DNA of 64,000 nucleotides, taken from a virus. Of this stretch, positions 8,429-17,247 are shown piece after piece. The notes beneath the pieces are model-generated. The model did no database searches, was not told the origin of the DNA, and was given only the letters and a program-made list of their open reading frames with translations. Location: IMG/VR virus record IMGVR_UViG_3300021090_001018, positions 3,361-67,360 of that record. One strand, 5' to 3'. Each line of letters begins with the position of its first letter. Position 1 is the stretch's first letter. A program made the position numbers and the translations under genes.

Positions 8429-8931
8429 CTCTGCGCGTAGGTAGACGGAATCAGGTGGATCCAGCTTCCCGCCTTAACCGTAGGAGCTCCACCCGCCCCT
8501 GTCTTTCCCCATACCAGAATGACGTAACCGTCTTCCGAAGGAGATAACCGCAGCCAGCCTTTGAAGACATTGATACCGACTTGGGTAGTGGGAACCTCAG
8601 TAGGCAATAATGCCCCTATGTGGTAGGCAATTTCAGGAGCGGCACCCCCTCCGATATGCTCAACGAACCATTCCGCGCTATCGACATTGGGGAGGATCCA
8701 TGTGATGCTGGGATTGTCACCCGCCCCAGCCTGGTTATAGACAATGCTCAGTTCAATCAGGTAGCTCTGCCCCGCCTCCACTGCTACCAACAAGTCGTAA
8801 TCCTCGACCTGGTAGATGTTTCGCGTCTCATCCGCCGTCTTTACCACCATCGCTTCTGTCACCAGTGAGATGATGGTGTTCAATTTCGCTCTCACTGACG
8901 AACCGACTTCATTGTTGGCAATAGGTATCAT
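8425..8931 (-). CDS. Putative tail-associated protein
   Basis: Last gene of tail operon; beta-rich; VRAKLN N-terminus. Confidence 0.55.
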   Translation of the reverse strand: MIPIANNEVGSSVRAKLNTIISLVTEAMVVKTADETRNIYQVEDYDLLVAVEAGQSYLIELSIVYNQAGAGDNPSITWILPNVDSAEWFVEHIGGGAAPEIAYHIGALLPTEVPTTQVGINVFKGWLRLSPSEDGYVILVWGKTGAGGAPTVKAGSWIHLIPSTYAQS

Positions 8932-8952
8932 AAATCTCTCCAGTTTTTAGGT

Positions 8953-11900
8953 TCATGCGTCCTTCCACGTCTCCTGGTCTATCCACCGATTTAGATCAGT
9001 CCAGGTGCCGGGTTCCAAAATCCAATCAAGAGTAATGACGAACTGACTCCCTGGGGCCCCCTCAGGTCCCCAAATGTCTCCCAACCCCACCCAGAGGTAA
9101 GTGTCAGGAAAGACGTGATCAGGAGTGAGAACAATCCCTACCACCCCCTGCTGCGGGGTGGAGCCCACCGTGGACGAGACGAATGAGTAAGATGACGGCT
9201 CCAGCGTCGGATCAAAACTAGCATCAAGCGACAGCCAGACCACGCCACGATAAAGATCAGCTTCTAGCCCGTCCGCCCAATAGATGCGAAAGTAGAAGGT
9301 AGGTCCCGCACTGGCATCCTCGTCGTAGGAGACGAATTCCCAGGAGATAGACGAATCCGCGGGTGGCAGAGGAAGGACATTGCTCAATTCCAGTGTGCGG
9401 GGGAAATTGTCAGCCTCCAGAATATCGGTGTCGCTGTCGCGCGACATACCATCCACCTCAACTAACATCAGGCGATTCAAATTGTCGTCGTCTATTGCCA
9501 TCTCCTCAAGGGAGTCGAAGGAATAAATGAACTCTACGCCTGTCTGGATGACCTCACGTTTGAGGATGGGGGCGGATTGGGCGTTGTCATAAACGCGAAT
9601 TCGGTAGGCGTCGCACAACGGGTTGGACCACCAACGAATCCCCCATTCTAAATCATTCCCTCCACCGCTCTCCAAGTCGGCATTCCAAGGCATGAAAATC
9701 ACCAACCCGAAGATCCGGCCCACGTCAATGGTGCCTTGGATCCAAGGCCCCTGACCATTGTTCACCGCCGCGACTCGAACGTAGAGCAATCCTACCGTCA
9801 CCTGAAACTGAAGGGAGGTGCGAACCGTGTCGGCGCGGAATTGCCAGTTCACCCCATCAGTGGAGGTCTGGATGATGTAGAATTGGGCGCCAAAGGCAGG
9901 GTTCCAGCTGGCCAGCACTTGCAGGACACTATCGTCAACCTGGGTGAGAGTGAGGCGGGTGATGATTGGCAAGTCTGGTACCACAGGAGGCTGTGGACCG
10001 GCCGTGAAAGGAGGGGCGATAAGCTCGTCAAAGGTATGAATAATAGGCGCCTCATTCACCAGCGTGATCTTGACTCGCTCACCCCCTTGGGGTTCTAGTT
10101 TCACCACTCGACCATATTTGGTGATTTCTCCAATCACCCCGAACAAGAAAAGCATGGGCTCAGTCGTCCCTCCAAGCAAGAAGTCAATCTCCTCGATAGG
10201 CTCGATCGTGACGATCTTTGGGTCACTGTTCTCTTGCGCGGTGAATGGACCGATGATGCTCCCATCCTTCTTCCTGAGCAGAATCTGATGGTCGCCGCTC
10301 TCACTAAAATCCAAAGGCTCTGATACATGGAGGTGGCAGGTACCGCTGCTCTCTTCTTCCACTCCCAGAATGTAACCGGATTGACCCCAGCGAGGGACGT
10401 CATGTGAAATGGCTACCAAGTCCCCATAACTGGGGATGAACCCCTCCAGCCCTGTCTCGAAGGCGATGTTCTCTCTCAGGTATCTCTCACTCGCCAGGGT
10501 GTAGAGGCCCTCGTGGTAAGCATGATCCCGATCTTGAATCCCTGGAATCCTGAGGTCCTTAGGTATATCACCGGAATCACCTGGGAGAATGCAAAGGACC
10601 TGCTCTTGTTTGTAACCTGAAGCGGGCTCATTGTATTCGACCATCAGGCTATCAAAGTCAAGGGGCTCCCAGAGGCTGATGCTCCACTCGAAGCTTCCCC
10701 TCACAATGTTATCAGGCATGAAAAGAGTAACGGGGACTTCCAACGGACCATCACGCCGCATCGTGATGAGCGATCCGGCTAGCAAAGGGATGGCGCGACC
10801 CGCCCGCGCGATGACCTTGGCCGCTTCCCATACGGTGATGGGGTCACGGAAGGTCCAATCGAAATGTTCATTGCGGGATTCGTAAAGGGCATCAAGTGTC
10901 TCGAGTGTCTCCCAATCGAAGAAGGTGTCGCTGAGAATATACCCACCATAGAAGCTTCGGAAGACATCTACAAAAGCCCAGATGATCGAACGGGTCGCGA
11001 CCGGATCTGAGAAGGTTCCCCCTGACTCACGGACCGGCAATTTGCGAGTGGCCAGGACATTGAACCGCTCTTGGGTGCGAGCGTTCAGATTGTTGGTGGC
11101 TCTGATCTTCACCGCCAGCATCGTGATATTCCCATAGTCAGGTGTCGGTCTAATCAAATAGCCCTTCATGGATTCCCAGGCCACATCACGACCATAGCGA
11201 GTGCTGATCGGCTGGAAGTCAGGGTTCCTTCCCCTGACTTCATATCGCCCCGGAGACAGCGCCACATAAGAAGTCCGCCGCTGGGGAGTGGTTGTGGCGG
11301 CGGCCATAGAGTAGGTGATAAGCGACGACCAATCCCCCAAAGGATTTCCATCGTCATCAATCAGACGTTTCTCAAACTCGACCCGCACGGTGATGATAGC
11401 CAGACTGCCATTCTTCTTGACCCGATAGACCCCCTTGGGGTAAACCAAATCTACCTCCACCGCCGAGACTGTCTCATCCGGCCCGCAGACTGCGAACGGG
11501 CCAATCCACCCCGGCGCCTCATATTCAGGATCGTTCGTTGCATAGAAGGTCTGACCGCCTACCTCAACCGAAGTCTCAATGTTGGACCAGAAGAGGGTGG
11601 ATGCTTCTCCTGGTTGTAGGAGTTCGTAGGTGACCTCGGCGAAGGTATTGATATCGGTGTCCCCCACCTGAATTGCGTGGACCTCATAGAAACCCTGACC
11701 AATGCAGAAGAGAGAATATTGAAACTGGTCATTATCCACGTATCGGAAGAAGGGATAGGACGCCAGCGATGGGTAGATCCGATTGCGACCGTAGTTCACC
11801 TCGATGGGCTCACCCAGACGGATATCATTGGTCTGGCCTTTGGTAGAGAAAACCGGATCTGATGAAGGTGTCGTCCCAGGAGTCGCGGGGGGTTGCATGG

Positions 11901-12189
11901 TCAGCGCCAAAGCGACCATGGCGATGATGAGCACCACTACGATAATGATCAAAGGACCGCCCACCAAATTGATGAAATTGACGATGTCGTCCTTCTTGAT
12001 CTCCTGATCCCAATCTTCCCTCAAGACGGGTTCACCGTTTACCAAGCAGATGGTGGGATTAGGGAATTCGATGAAGCCAGGATAGGTCCCCTCCAACCAA
12101 CCGCGAATCGAAATCCCGCCTGGATGAAAATGCTTCCTCATCCCCACGAGCGGTTGGAAGGCATTGGGCGTCTCAATGATATAGGCCAT
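8953..12189 (-). CDS. Tail tip / central fibre protein (lambda gpJ-like)
   Basis: RLGEPIEVNYGR, FCIGQG, FN3-like segment, 1078 aa, follows NlpC/P60. Confidence 0.9.
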   Translation of the reverse strand: MAYIIETPNAFQPLVGMRKHFHPGGISIRGWLEGTYPGFIEFPNPTICLVNGEPVLREDWDQEIKKDDIVNFINLVGGPLIIIVVVLIIAMVALALTMQPPATPGTTPSSDPVFSTKGQTNDIRLGEPIEVNYGRNRIYPSLASYPFFRYVDNDQFQYSLFCIGQGFYEVHAIQVGDTDINTFAEVTYELLQPGEASTLFWSNIETSVEVGGQTFYATNDPEYEAPGWIGPFAVCGPDETVSAVEVDLVYPKGVYRVKKNGSLAIITVRVEFEKRLIDDDGNPLGDWSSLITYSMAAATTTPQRRTSYVALSPGRYEVRGRNPDFQPISTRYGRDVAWESMKGYLIRPTPDYGNITMLAVKIRATNNLNARTQERFNVLATRKLPVRESGGTFSDPVATRSIIWAFVDVFRSFYGGYILSDTFFDWETLETLDALYESRNEHFDWTFRDPITVWEAAKVIARAGRAIPLLAGSLITMRRDGPLEVPVTLFMPDNIVRGSFEWSISLWEPLDFDSLMVEYNEPASGYKQEQVLCILPGDSGDIPKDLRIPGIQDRDHAYHEGLYTLASERYLRENIAFETGLEGFIPSYGDLVAISHDVPRWGQSGYILGVEEESSGTCHLHVSEPLDFSESGDHQILLRKKDGSIIGPFTAQENSDPKIVTIEPIEEIDFLLGGTTEPMLFLFGVIGEITKYGRVVKLEPQGGERVKITLVNEAPIIHTFDELIAPPFTAGPQPPVVPDLPIITRLTLTQVDDSVLQVLASWNPAFGAQFYIIQTSTDGVNWQFRADTVRTSLQFQVTVGLLYVRVAAVNNGQGPWIQGTIDVGRIFGLVIFMPWNADLESGGGNDLEWGIRWWSNPLCDAYRIRVYDNAQSAPILKREVIQTGVEFIYSFDSLEEMAIDDDNLNRLMLVEVDGMSRDSDTDILEADNFPRTLELSNVLPLPPADSSISWEFVSYDEDASAGPTFYFRIYWADGLEADLYRGVVWLSLDASFDPTLEPSSYSFVSSTVGSTPQQGVVGIVLTPDHVFPDTYLWVGLGDIWGPEGAPGSQFVITLDWILEPGTWTDLNRWIDQETWKDA

Positions 12190-12580
12190 AGGAGAAAAAA
12201 TGGATGGTTCGGAACCCTCGCAAGCGTAGAGTCCTCACCGTATCAGCAATGGTTGCGAGGTCCTTCCAGGCATGGATGATCTTGCCCCCATCTGCCGCCG
12301 TCCAGACTCCAACATGGTGGGGGATCTGTCCTTGGCTCATCGCCACCGCGCACATCTCGCTAGGTCGAGCTACCTCCTGCCACAATCGTGCGGTCTCTCG
12401 CACAATCTCGCGGGAGATACCCAGTAGATCACTGGAAGCCACCCCAGGCAAACTAGGGAGGAGCACTCCTCTTTCCTCCCGATAGATGAGACGCACTAAT
12501 CCCCAGCAATCAACCCCATCCCTTTCTCTGCCCCCGAGGCAGTAGGGGATCCCAATATACCTGGTGGACCAATGGTTCAT
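12173..12580 (-). CDS. NlpC/P60 tail tip assembly protein
   Basis: YIGIPY..GGR..GVDCWGLV...HVGV. Confidence 0.92.
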   Translation of the reverse strand: MNHWSTRYIGIPYCLGGRERDGVDCWGLVRLIYREERGVLLPSLPGVASSDLLGISREIVRETARLWQEVARPSEMCAVAMSQGQIPHHVGVWTAADGGKIIHAWKDLATIADTVRTLRLRGFRTIHFFSYGLYH

Positions 12581-13080
12581 CCCAATGATGGAAAGCGAAG
12601 GCGCGTATAGATGTCAGATGGGAATTTCTTATTGACCACATCCATGAAGGTTGCCCGTCCAGTCACTTGTGTGACGTTGACTTGAATCTCCTTCAAATAA
12701 AGAACCAAGGGCGGGATCATCTGCGGGCCGGTCAGATCATCGCTCAGGTAGGGACGGTAAATCATCTCGACCGGGACCTTCTCGGACATCGCCGCCTGCA
12801 CAAAATCACTCACCGCCCGGCCGATGTTATCAATGGCGACGTTGAGACTCCGAAAGCCCTCTTCATTTTCAGGGGGAAGGGTGATTTGAAAACCACAAGG
12901 GGTAAATGTCCGGTCCACCCCATTTTCATCTTTGGCCGTGATCCCTTGCCGGGCCTTGACTAGATAAAGAGTGGACTGGACCCCAGACTGGCGAATCTCC
13001 AGCGTCTCCAGAATCACCTTGCTGGTAGGACAACTGGCATAGGCCTCTTTGATGGCTGTCTCCAAGGATGGGTTGGGCAT
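12577..13080 (-). CDS. Minor tail protein (DUF1833-like)
   Basis: LETLEI..., IDNIG, YRPYLSDDL..P, RFPSL; position. Confidence 0.85.
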   Translation of the reverse strand: MPNPSLETAIKEAYASCPTSKVILETLEIRQSGVQSTLYLVKARQGITAKDENGVDRTFTPCGFQITLPPENEEGFRSLNVAIDNIGRAVSDFVQAAMSEKVPVEMIYRPYLSDDLTGPQMIPPLVLYLKEIQVNVTQVTGRATFMDVVNKKFPSDIYTRLRFPSLG

Positions 13081-13082
13081 GG

Positions 13083-13580
13083 CTATGAGGAATCAATGTA
13101 TTCCAAACTTGCGGTGACTGTGAAGAGGTTGTCAGAATGGTCAAAGGAATAGTCGGATTCGAGGAAGGCCATCAATTTGGATTCCCCGAAGATCTCAATA
13201 TGGAAGGGGCTGGATCCATTCGCCAGAGTCCCATCAAAGAAGGCCTTGAAGAGAATGTATTGATCCCCTGCGAAATTCCAGTTCACCTCTAGCCGCTCGG
13301 TAGGCGCGGTAAGAATGCGGCGGATTCGTTTCCGTCCGCTCTCCATCAACGTCGATTGTCCCCCAAACTCTCCCGCCATCTGAGGATTCACCAAGGGCAG
13401 AGGAACAAGAGAAGGCCAGGTGGGGTAAAAAACGGGAGCCGGCGGTTCTGGTTCCGGAATCACCTCGCCAATATCCACCAAAGGGACCGCTCCCAGCCAA
13501 GTATTGAAATCAGGATCCCCTTCGACAATAATGAAGGGGACCCCCGCAAACCACGATTGGAAATCGGAGGAGGCACTCAT
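13083..13580 (-). CDS. Distal-tail (gpM-like) protein, second copy
   Basis: WPSLVPLP...MESGRKRIRR...FKAFF...LANG...VTASLE. Confidence 0.7.
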   Translation of the reverse strand: MSASSDFQSWFAGVPFIIVEGDPDFNTWLGAVPLVDIGEVIPEPEPPAPVFYPTWPSLVPLPLVNPQMAGEFGGQSTLMESGRKRIRRILTAPTERLEVNWNFAGDQYILFKAFFDGTLANGSSPFHIEIFGESKLMAFLESDYSFDHSDNLFTVTASLEYIDSS

Positions 13581-14518
13581 GTGGCCACCAGATGGTCAAA
13601 GTAGGCGGGGCTATTGAGGTTGTAAATATCCATGTTCCAGAGCTCCACAAAGAGTGCCCCATCCTGAGTGGGATTTATCGTGATGGGTCCGATCCTGATC
13701 CAGCCCGTCCCTAACCCCGCACTCGCAGAGACGTCGACATTGATACCTACGGATGGATTTGCCTTAACCACCATCTTGGGACGCAAGCCCGTCACACTGC
13801 TCACCTGTTTGGTGTAGATGGAGATGGACCGCGTTCCAGTAAGAACTCCCCAGCGGAACCGCCACATGTTAGGGATGTCAATGGCCAGGCAGGGCGGAGT
13901 AGGGTAGCCCTCATCCGTCGCCTTGCGAATTCCCAGCGCCAGGTGACGAGTGTCAGCGCGACCATCGCCGAAGACATTGCTCATTCCCCCCAAGCAGATC
14001 CCTTTTATGAATCCAATGACACAAGGCGTGGTGGTGCTGTGATGATCAAAGGTGGGCAGGGGAAGGTCGGAGGTCATGAGGAGATCTACCGCGTGATAAT
14101 TGGAGGCGGGCGTCGCCGGAAAAACATCTCCGACGCCGGACCTAGAACCGTCACTTGCGACAATCATCGAACTGGTCACGGAATTCCCAGCGGCCTCACC
14201 TGCCGTGTAATACCAAGATTGGCTGGGGAACCAAGCCGATACTACATAGTAGGTATTCTTGACGATCGCGACGGCCCCAGCCAAGGCCACCGTCATCCAT
14301 CCAGAACTCCCATCCCCTCCTCGGGTGGCGCTGTCCAATAAAGCTCCCGCATCCGACCAGAGTTTCAGAGCGATCGAGTTTGACTGAGCTGCATGTTTGT
14401 AGAATGAGATAGCCGTCGCTACCCCATCACCACGAGAATAGAATCTTGCCCCTAATGTATTGTTAGAGGCGGTGCTAGATACCGGGACCCGTCCCTCATA
14501 GATGGAATAGGTTGACAT
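13577..14518 (-). CDS. Virion protein with DUF4082-like domain
   Basis: TLGARF...DGVATAISFYK...LWSDAGALL...SGW...YVVS...NYHAVD. Confidence 0.65.
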   Translation of the reverse strand: MSTYSIYEGRVPVSSTASNNTLGARFYSRGDGVATAISFYKHAAQSNSIALKLWSDAGALLDSATRGGDGSSGWMTVALAGAVAIVKNTYYVVSAWFPSQSWYYTAGEAAGNSVTSSMIVASDGSRSGVGDVFPATPASNYHAVDLLMTSDLPLPTFDHHSTTTPCVIGFIKGICLGGMSNVFGDGRADTRHLALGIRKATDEGYPTPPCLAIDIPNMWRFRWGVLTGTRSISIYTKQVSSVTGLRPKMVVKANPSVGINVDVSASAGLGTGWIRIGPITINPTQDGALFVELWNMDIYNLNSPAYFDHLVAT

Positions 14519-14523
14519 GACCT

Positions 14524-15516
14524 CTAATTGGTTTCGACCGTGGCACTCGTCTCGATCGCCACGGTACCATAGACACCACCCATCGTAGTCAAGAAAGGCT
14601 TCACCACGGTAAAGGTCTTGCCCGCAAAATCACCTCCACCCTCAAATGTTTGCCCATCAGCAAAGCTCGCTTGGGTGTGAAGAATCTGGTAGAGCCCCCG
14701 TATCCTCCCTCTGAGCTGACTGTCATGGTGAACCAAAACGGGGGTGATCCAAATGGAATTATCGGACATATTGGCTCCAATGATTCCACCAGACCCGAAG
14801 GCTAGGGAGCCGGCGGTATATTCGTGGAAGGAAGCGTTGCCGGCCTTGCTGACCAAAATACTAGATCCTGATCCACCCCAAGATCGAGGCATATAGTGTC
14901 CCACACCTGGTCCTGCTAAGAGGTTGGCATGACCAAACCCTTCACTGTTACCAGCACTCGAATTCTCTTGGTACCGACCTATGAGGAGACATCGCTTGGT
15001 ATCATCATCCGAGAAGGCGTAGATATCGCCGAAGACGAAAGCGAAGTAGACGCTCGCGGTATCCCCTGTCAGGATGAACATATAGAAAGTGTGAGAATCG
15101 GCGGCCAACCTCCAAACCCGACCGACCCCATCCGCCGTGGTCGATTTCCTCACCACCGCATGACCTGTGGTCAAGAGTTGTGACGGCAGAGGAAACTGCC
15201 CGCTGCCGGTCCCCACCGTGCCCACTCCAGTCAGGACCTCCCATCCCGTGATCCAAGCCTCCTTGTAGGTAGCCGTGACATTAGGACCATTGTCGTTGAC
15301 GTGGACAACACAGTCACTTCCACCGGCCCCCACCTTGAACCCGGCGCAATTTCCCGAAGCGGCAACCGGCTCAGACCACCCCGCAGCGGATTTGCCCGAA
15401 TATCCATCAACCAGACATGCTCGCAAGACACGGATCAGATCGTTGGCCTGGCCTGCAAGAAGCCCAGGTCCTGAGGCATCAGAAGATGAGTAGATTGTAA
15501 GTTGAGAGGCAGACAT
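14524..15516 (-). CDS. Tail-associated structural protein
   Basis: IYSSSDASGP.L.G...LIRVLRACLVDGY..K.AAGW; RGRIRGLY. Confidence 0.7.
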   Translation of the reverse strand: MSASQLTIYSSSDASGPGLLAGQANDLIRVLRACLVDGYSGKSAAGWSEPVAASGNCAGFKVGAGGSDCVVHVNDNGPNVTATYKEAWITGWEVLTGVGTVGTGSGQFPLPSQLLTTGHAVVRKSTTADGVGRVWRLAADSHTFYMFILTGDTASVYFAFVFGDIYAFSDDDTKRCLLIGRYQENSSAGNSEGFGHANLLAGPGVGHYMPRSWGGSGSSILVSKAGNASFHEYTAGSLAFGSGGIIGANMSDNSIWITPVLVHHDSQLRGRIRGLYQILHTQASFADGQTFEGGGDFAGKTFTVVKPFLTTMGGVYGTVAIETSATVETN

Positions 15517-15531
15517 ATGAACTCTGGTTGG

Positions 15532-15566
15532 TTCTGGATCGTCCCCCGAAGAAGGACGATCCAGAA
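15532..15566. other. Perfect 13-bp stem intergenic hairpin
   Basis: TTCTGGATCGTCC-N9-GGACGATCCAGAA. Confidence 0.7.
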
Positions 15567-15576
15567 GAGGTAGCCC

Positions 15577-16287
15577 TTACGACTGTGGTGGAGTCGGAGC
15601 CAGGTTCTTGAGTGCGTTGATCGTATCCATCACCTGCTGGGCGGCGACCTTCGCATCTTGATTGTTCACCTGGGTCTTCAACAATGTCATGACTTGATTC
15701 AAGACACCCGCATCGGCCTGATGGGCCTGCATCCAATTCACCAACTCGTTATCATAGGTGGCACCATTAGGAAGGGACTTGACAAACTCACGCATGGTCT
15801 CCACCGTCTGGGCGATGTTCCCTGCCGTAACAAGAGACTTCTTGCTCCGCCAGTAGCCCCAGAGGGAAAAGAGCGCCCCTAGCGCCGTCCCAGTCATCCC
15901 TCCTACCCCAAATAGATTCCCCACTGTCGTACCAACCTCTTGAATATTCTTCGCGCCCTCACCCGGATGGTAGAGGTAGGCCTCCTGAGTATTGGTCACG
16001 ATCATCGTGTTCGTTTGCTGGACAACAACTGGGATGATGTTAGTCTGCCATTCCACCACGCCCACGGTATTTGTTACGGTGACGGCATTGGTCCTCACCA
16101 CGGTGACGTCGAAGATGTTCGTCCTCAAGACCACGATAGGAATCTGGTTGGTCTCGATGTTAAACAATCCTTGCTCAAACCGAGTGGGAGGTCGAGATGC
16201 ACACCCCACGAAGATTGAGAGACCAATAAGGCCTCCCAAGAAGAGAGCAAGAGTTCCGGTGATAAAAGACATCAATTTATTTCTCAT
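15577..16287 (-). CDS. Lipoprotein/membrane protein
   Basis: Hydrophobic signal ending FVGC (lipobox), many TN dipeptides, second hydrophobic segment. Confidence 0.7.
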   Translation of the reverse strand: MRNKLMSFITGTLALFLGGLIGLSIFVGCASRPPTRFEQGLFNIETNQIPIVVLRTNIFDVTVVRTNAVTVTNTVGVVEWQTNIIPVVVQQTNTMIVTNTQEAYLYHPGEGAKNIQEVGTTVGNLFGVGGMTGTALGALFSLWGYWRSKKSLVTAGNIAQTVETMREFVKSLPNGATYDNELVNWMQAHQADAGVLNQVMTLLKTQVNNQDAKVAAQQVMDTINALKNLAPTPPQS

Positions 16288-16338
16288 ATCCCCATTCTAC
16301 GACCTAAGCTGAAAAGGGCAATATAAATCTGCCGCCTA

Positions 16339-16863
16339 TCAAGGCTTGCCATTCGTCGGCACGACACGAGCCCTTAGATAGGCAATCAGTTCCTGGTTCT
16401 GCTCGACCATCTTCTGGATGAGATTTACCGTGACCTTCATATGCTCCGTGGCCGCCGCTCGCATATCGCTGATATCACGACTGATTCGCAGATCTGTATT
16501 ATCTAGAGCCTTTCGATCCGTCTGCTGAAGCTCTCTCATATGATCAACGGAGAGAGACAATCGAGCCAAAGACACCACCAGTTCTCGAGTGGTGGTAGAC
16601 TGGGCCCAGCCGTAGCCCAAAGAGGTTGAGCATATGACAAGCAAGATGCCCCCCATGAGTTGCGACCAGATTGGACTTTTCTCCCTCCGGGGGCGGTCGA
16701 AGTCATCTGCATCATCGGTTCTGGAATTGTGTGCCATAGTGGACGGTCTCGATCCTGAAGGATCTTTCTTGCGTTGCATAAAGAAGAACCAATTCCTTCT
16801 CTGTTTTGTTTCCCTTGGTTCTTCCTTTCGTGTCCCTTCGTGGTAGATGCTATCTCCTAACAT
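16339..16863 (-). CDS. Single-TM coiled-coil protein (possible lysis accessory; start may be 16737)
   Basis: TM segment LMGGILLVICSTSLGYGW followed by helical region. Confidence 0.6.
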   Translation of the reverse strand: MLGDSIYHEGTRKEEPRETKQRRNWFFFMQRKKDPSGSRPSTMAHNSRTDDADDFDRPRREKSPIWSQLMGGILLVICSTSLGYGWAQSTTTRELVVSLARLSLSVDHMRELQQTDRKALDNTDLRISRDISDMRAAATEHMKVTVNLIQKMVEQNQELIAYLRARVVPTNGKP

Positions 16864-16866
16864 AGA

Positions 16867-17247
16867 TCAGAAGATTATGGGGTTGACTAAGTCTAGATTT
16901 GCCGTCACCGTCCAGATACCGTCTGCACGGGTCGCGGAGTAGCCGTCTTCAATCCTCATGGCCCACTCCGTCAGTTCGGTATTGTAGGGGAACCGCAATT
17001 CGATCTTGCACTGAGAGGCCCCATTATTCAGATTGGTGTGGAGGAAAGTCTTGAAGGAGGCAAATTGAATCGAGGTGAGCACCCAGGTAACCGCCAGTCC
17101 AGAATAGGACCTCTCAAACCGCGATCGTCGCGCGATTAGCGTTCCTTTATCCTGGGACATTATCGTGCCATTACGCGGGTTCCCTGAGTAGTTAATTGAT
17201 GGGAGGGGCAGAGCCGCCGGCCAGGTATTGTCGACTTGGAGGATCAT
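16867..17247 (-). CDS. Distal tail protein (gpM-like)
   Basis: WPAALPLP...RRSRF...FKTF...LNNG...WTVTANL; directly after tape measure. Confidence 0.8.
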   Translation of the reverse strand: MILQVDNTWPAALPLPSINYSGNPRNGTIMSQDKGTLIARRSRFERSYSGLAVTWVLTSIQFASFKTFLHTNLNNGASQCKIELRFPYNTELTEWAMRIEDGYSATRADGIWTVTANLDLVNPIIF

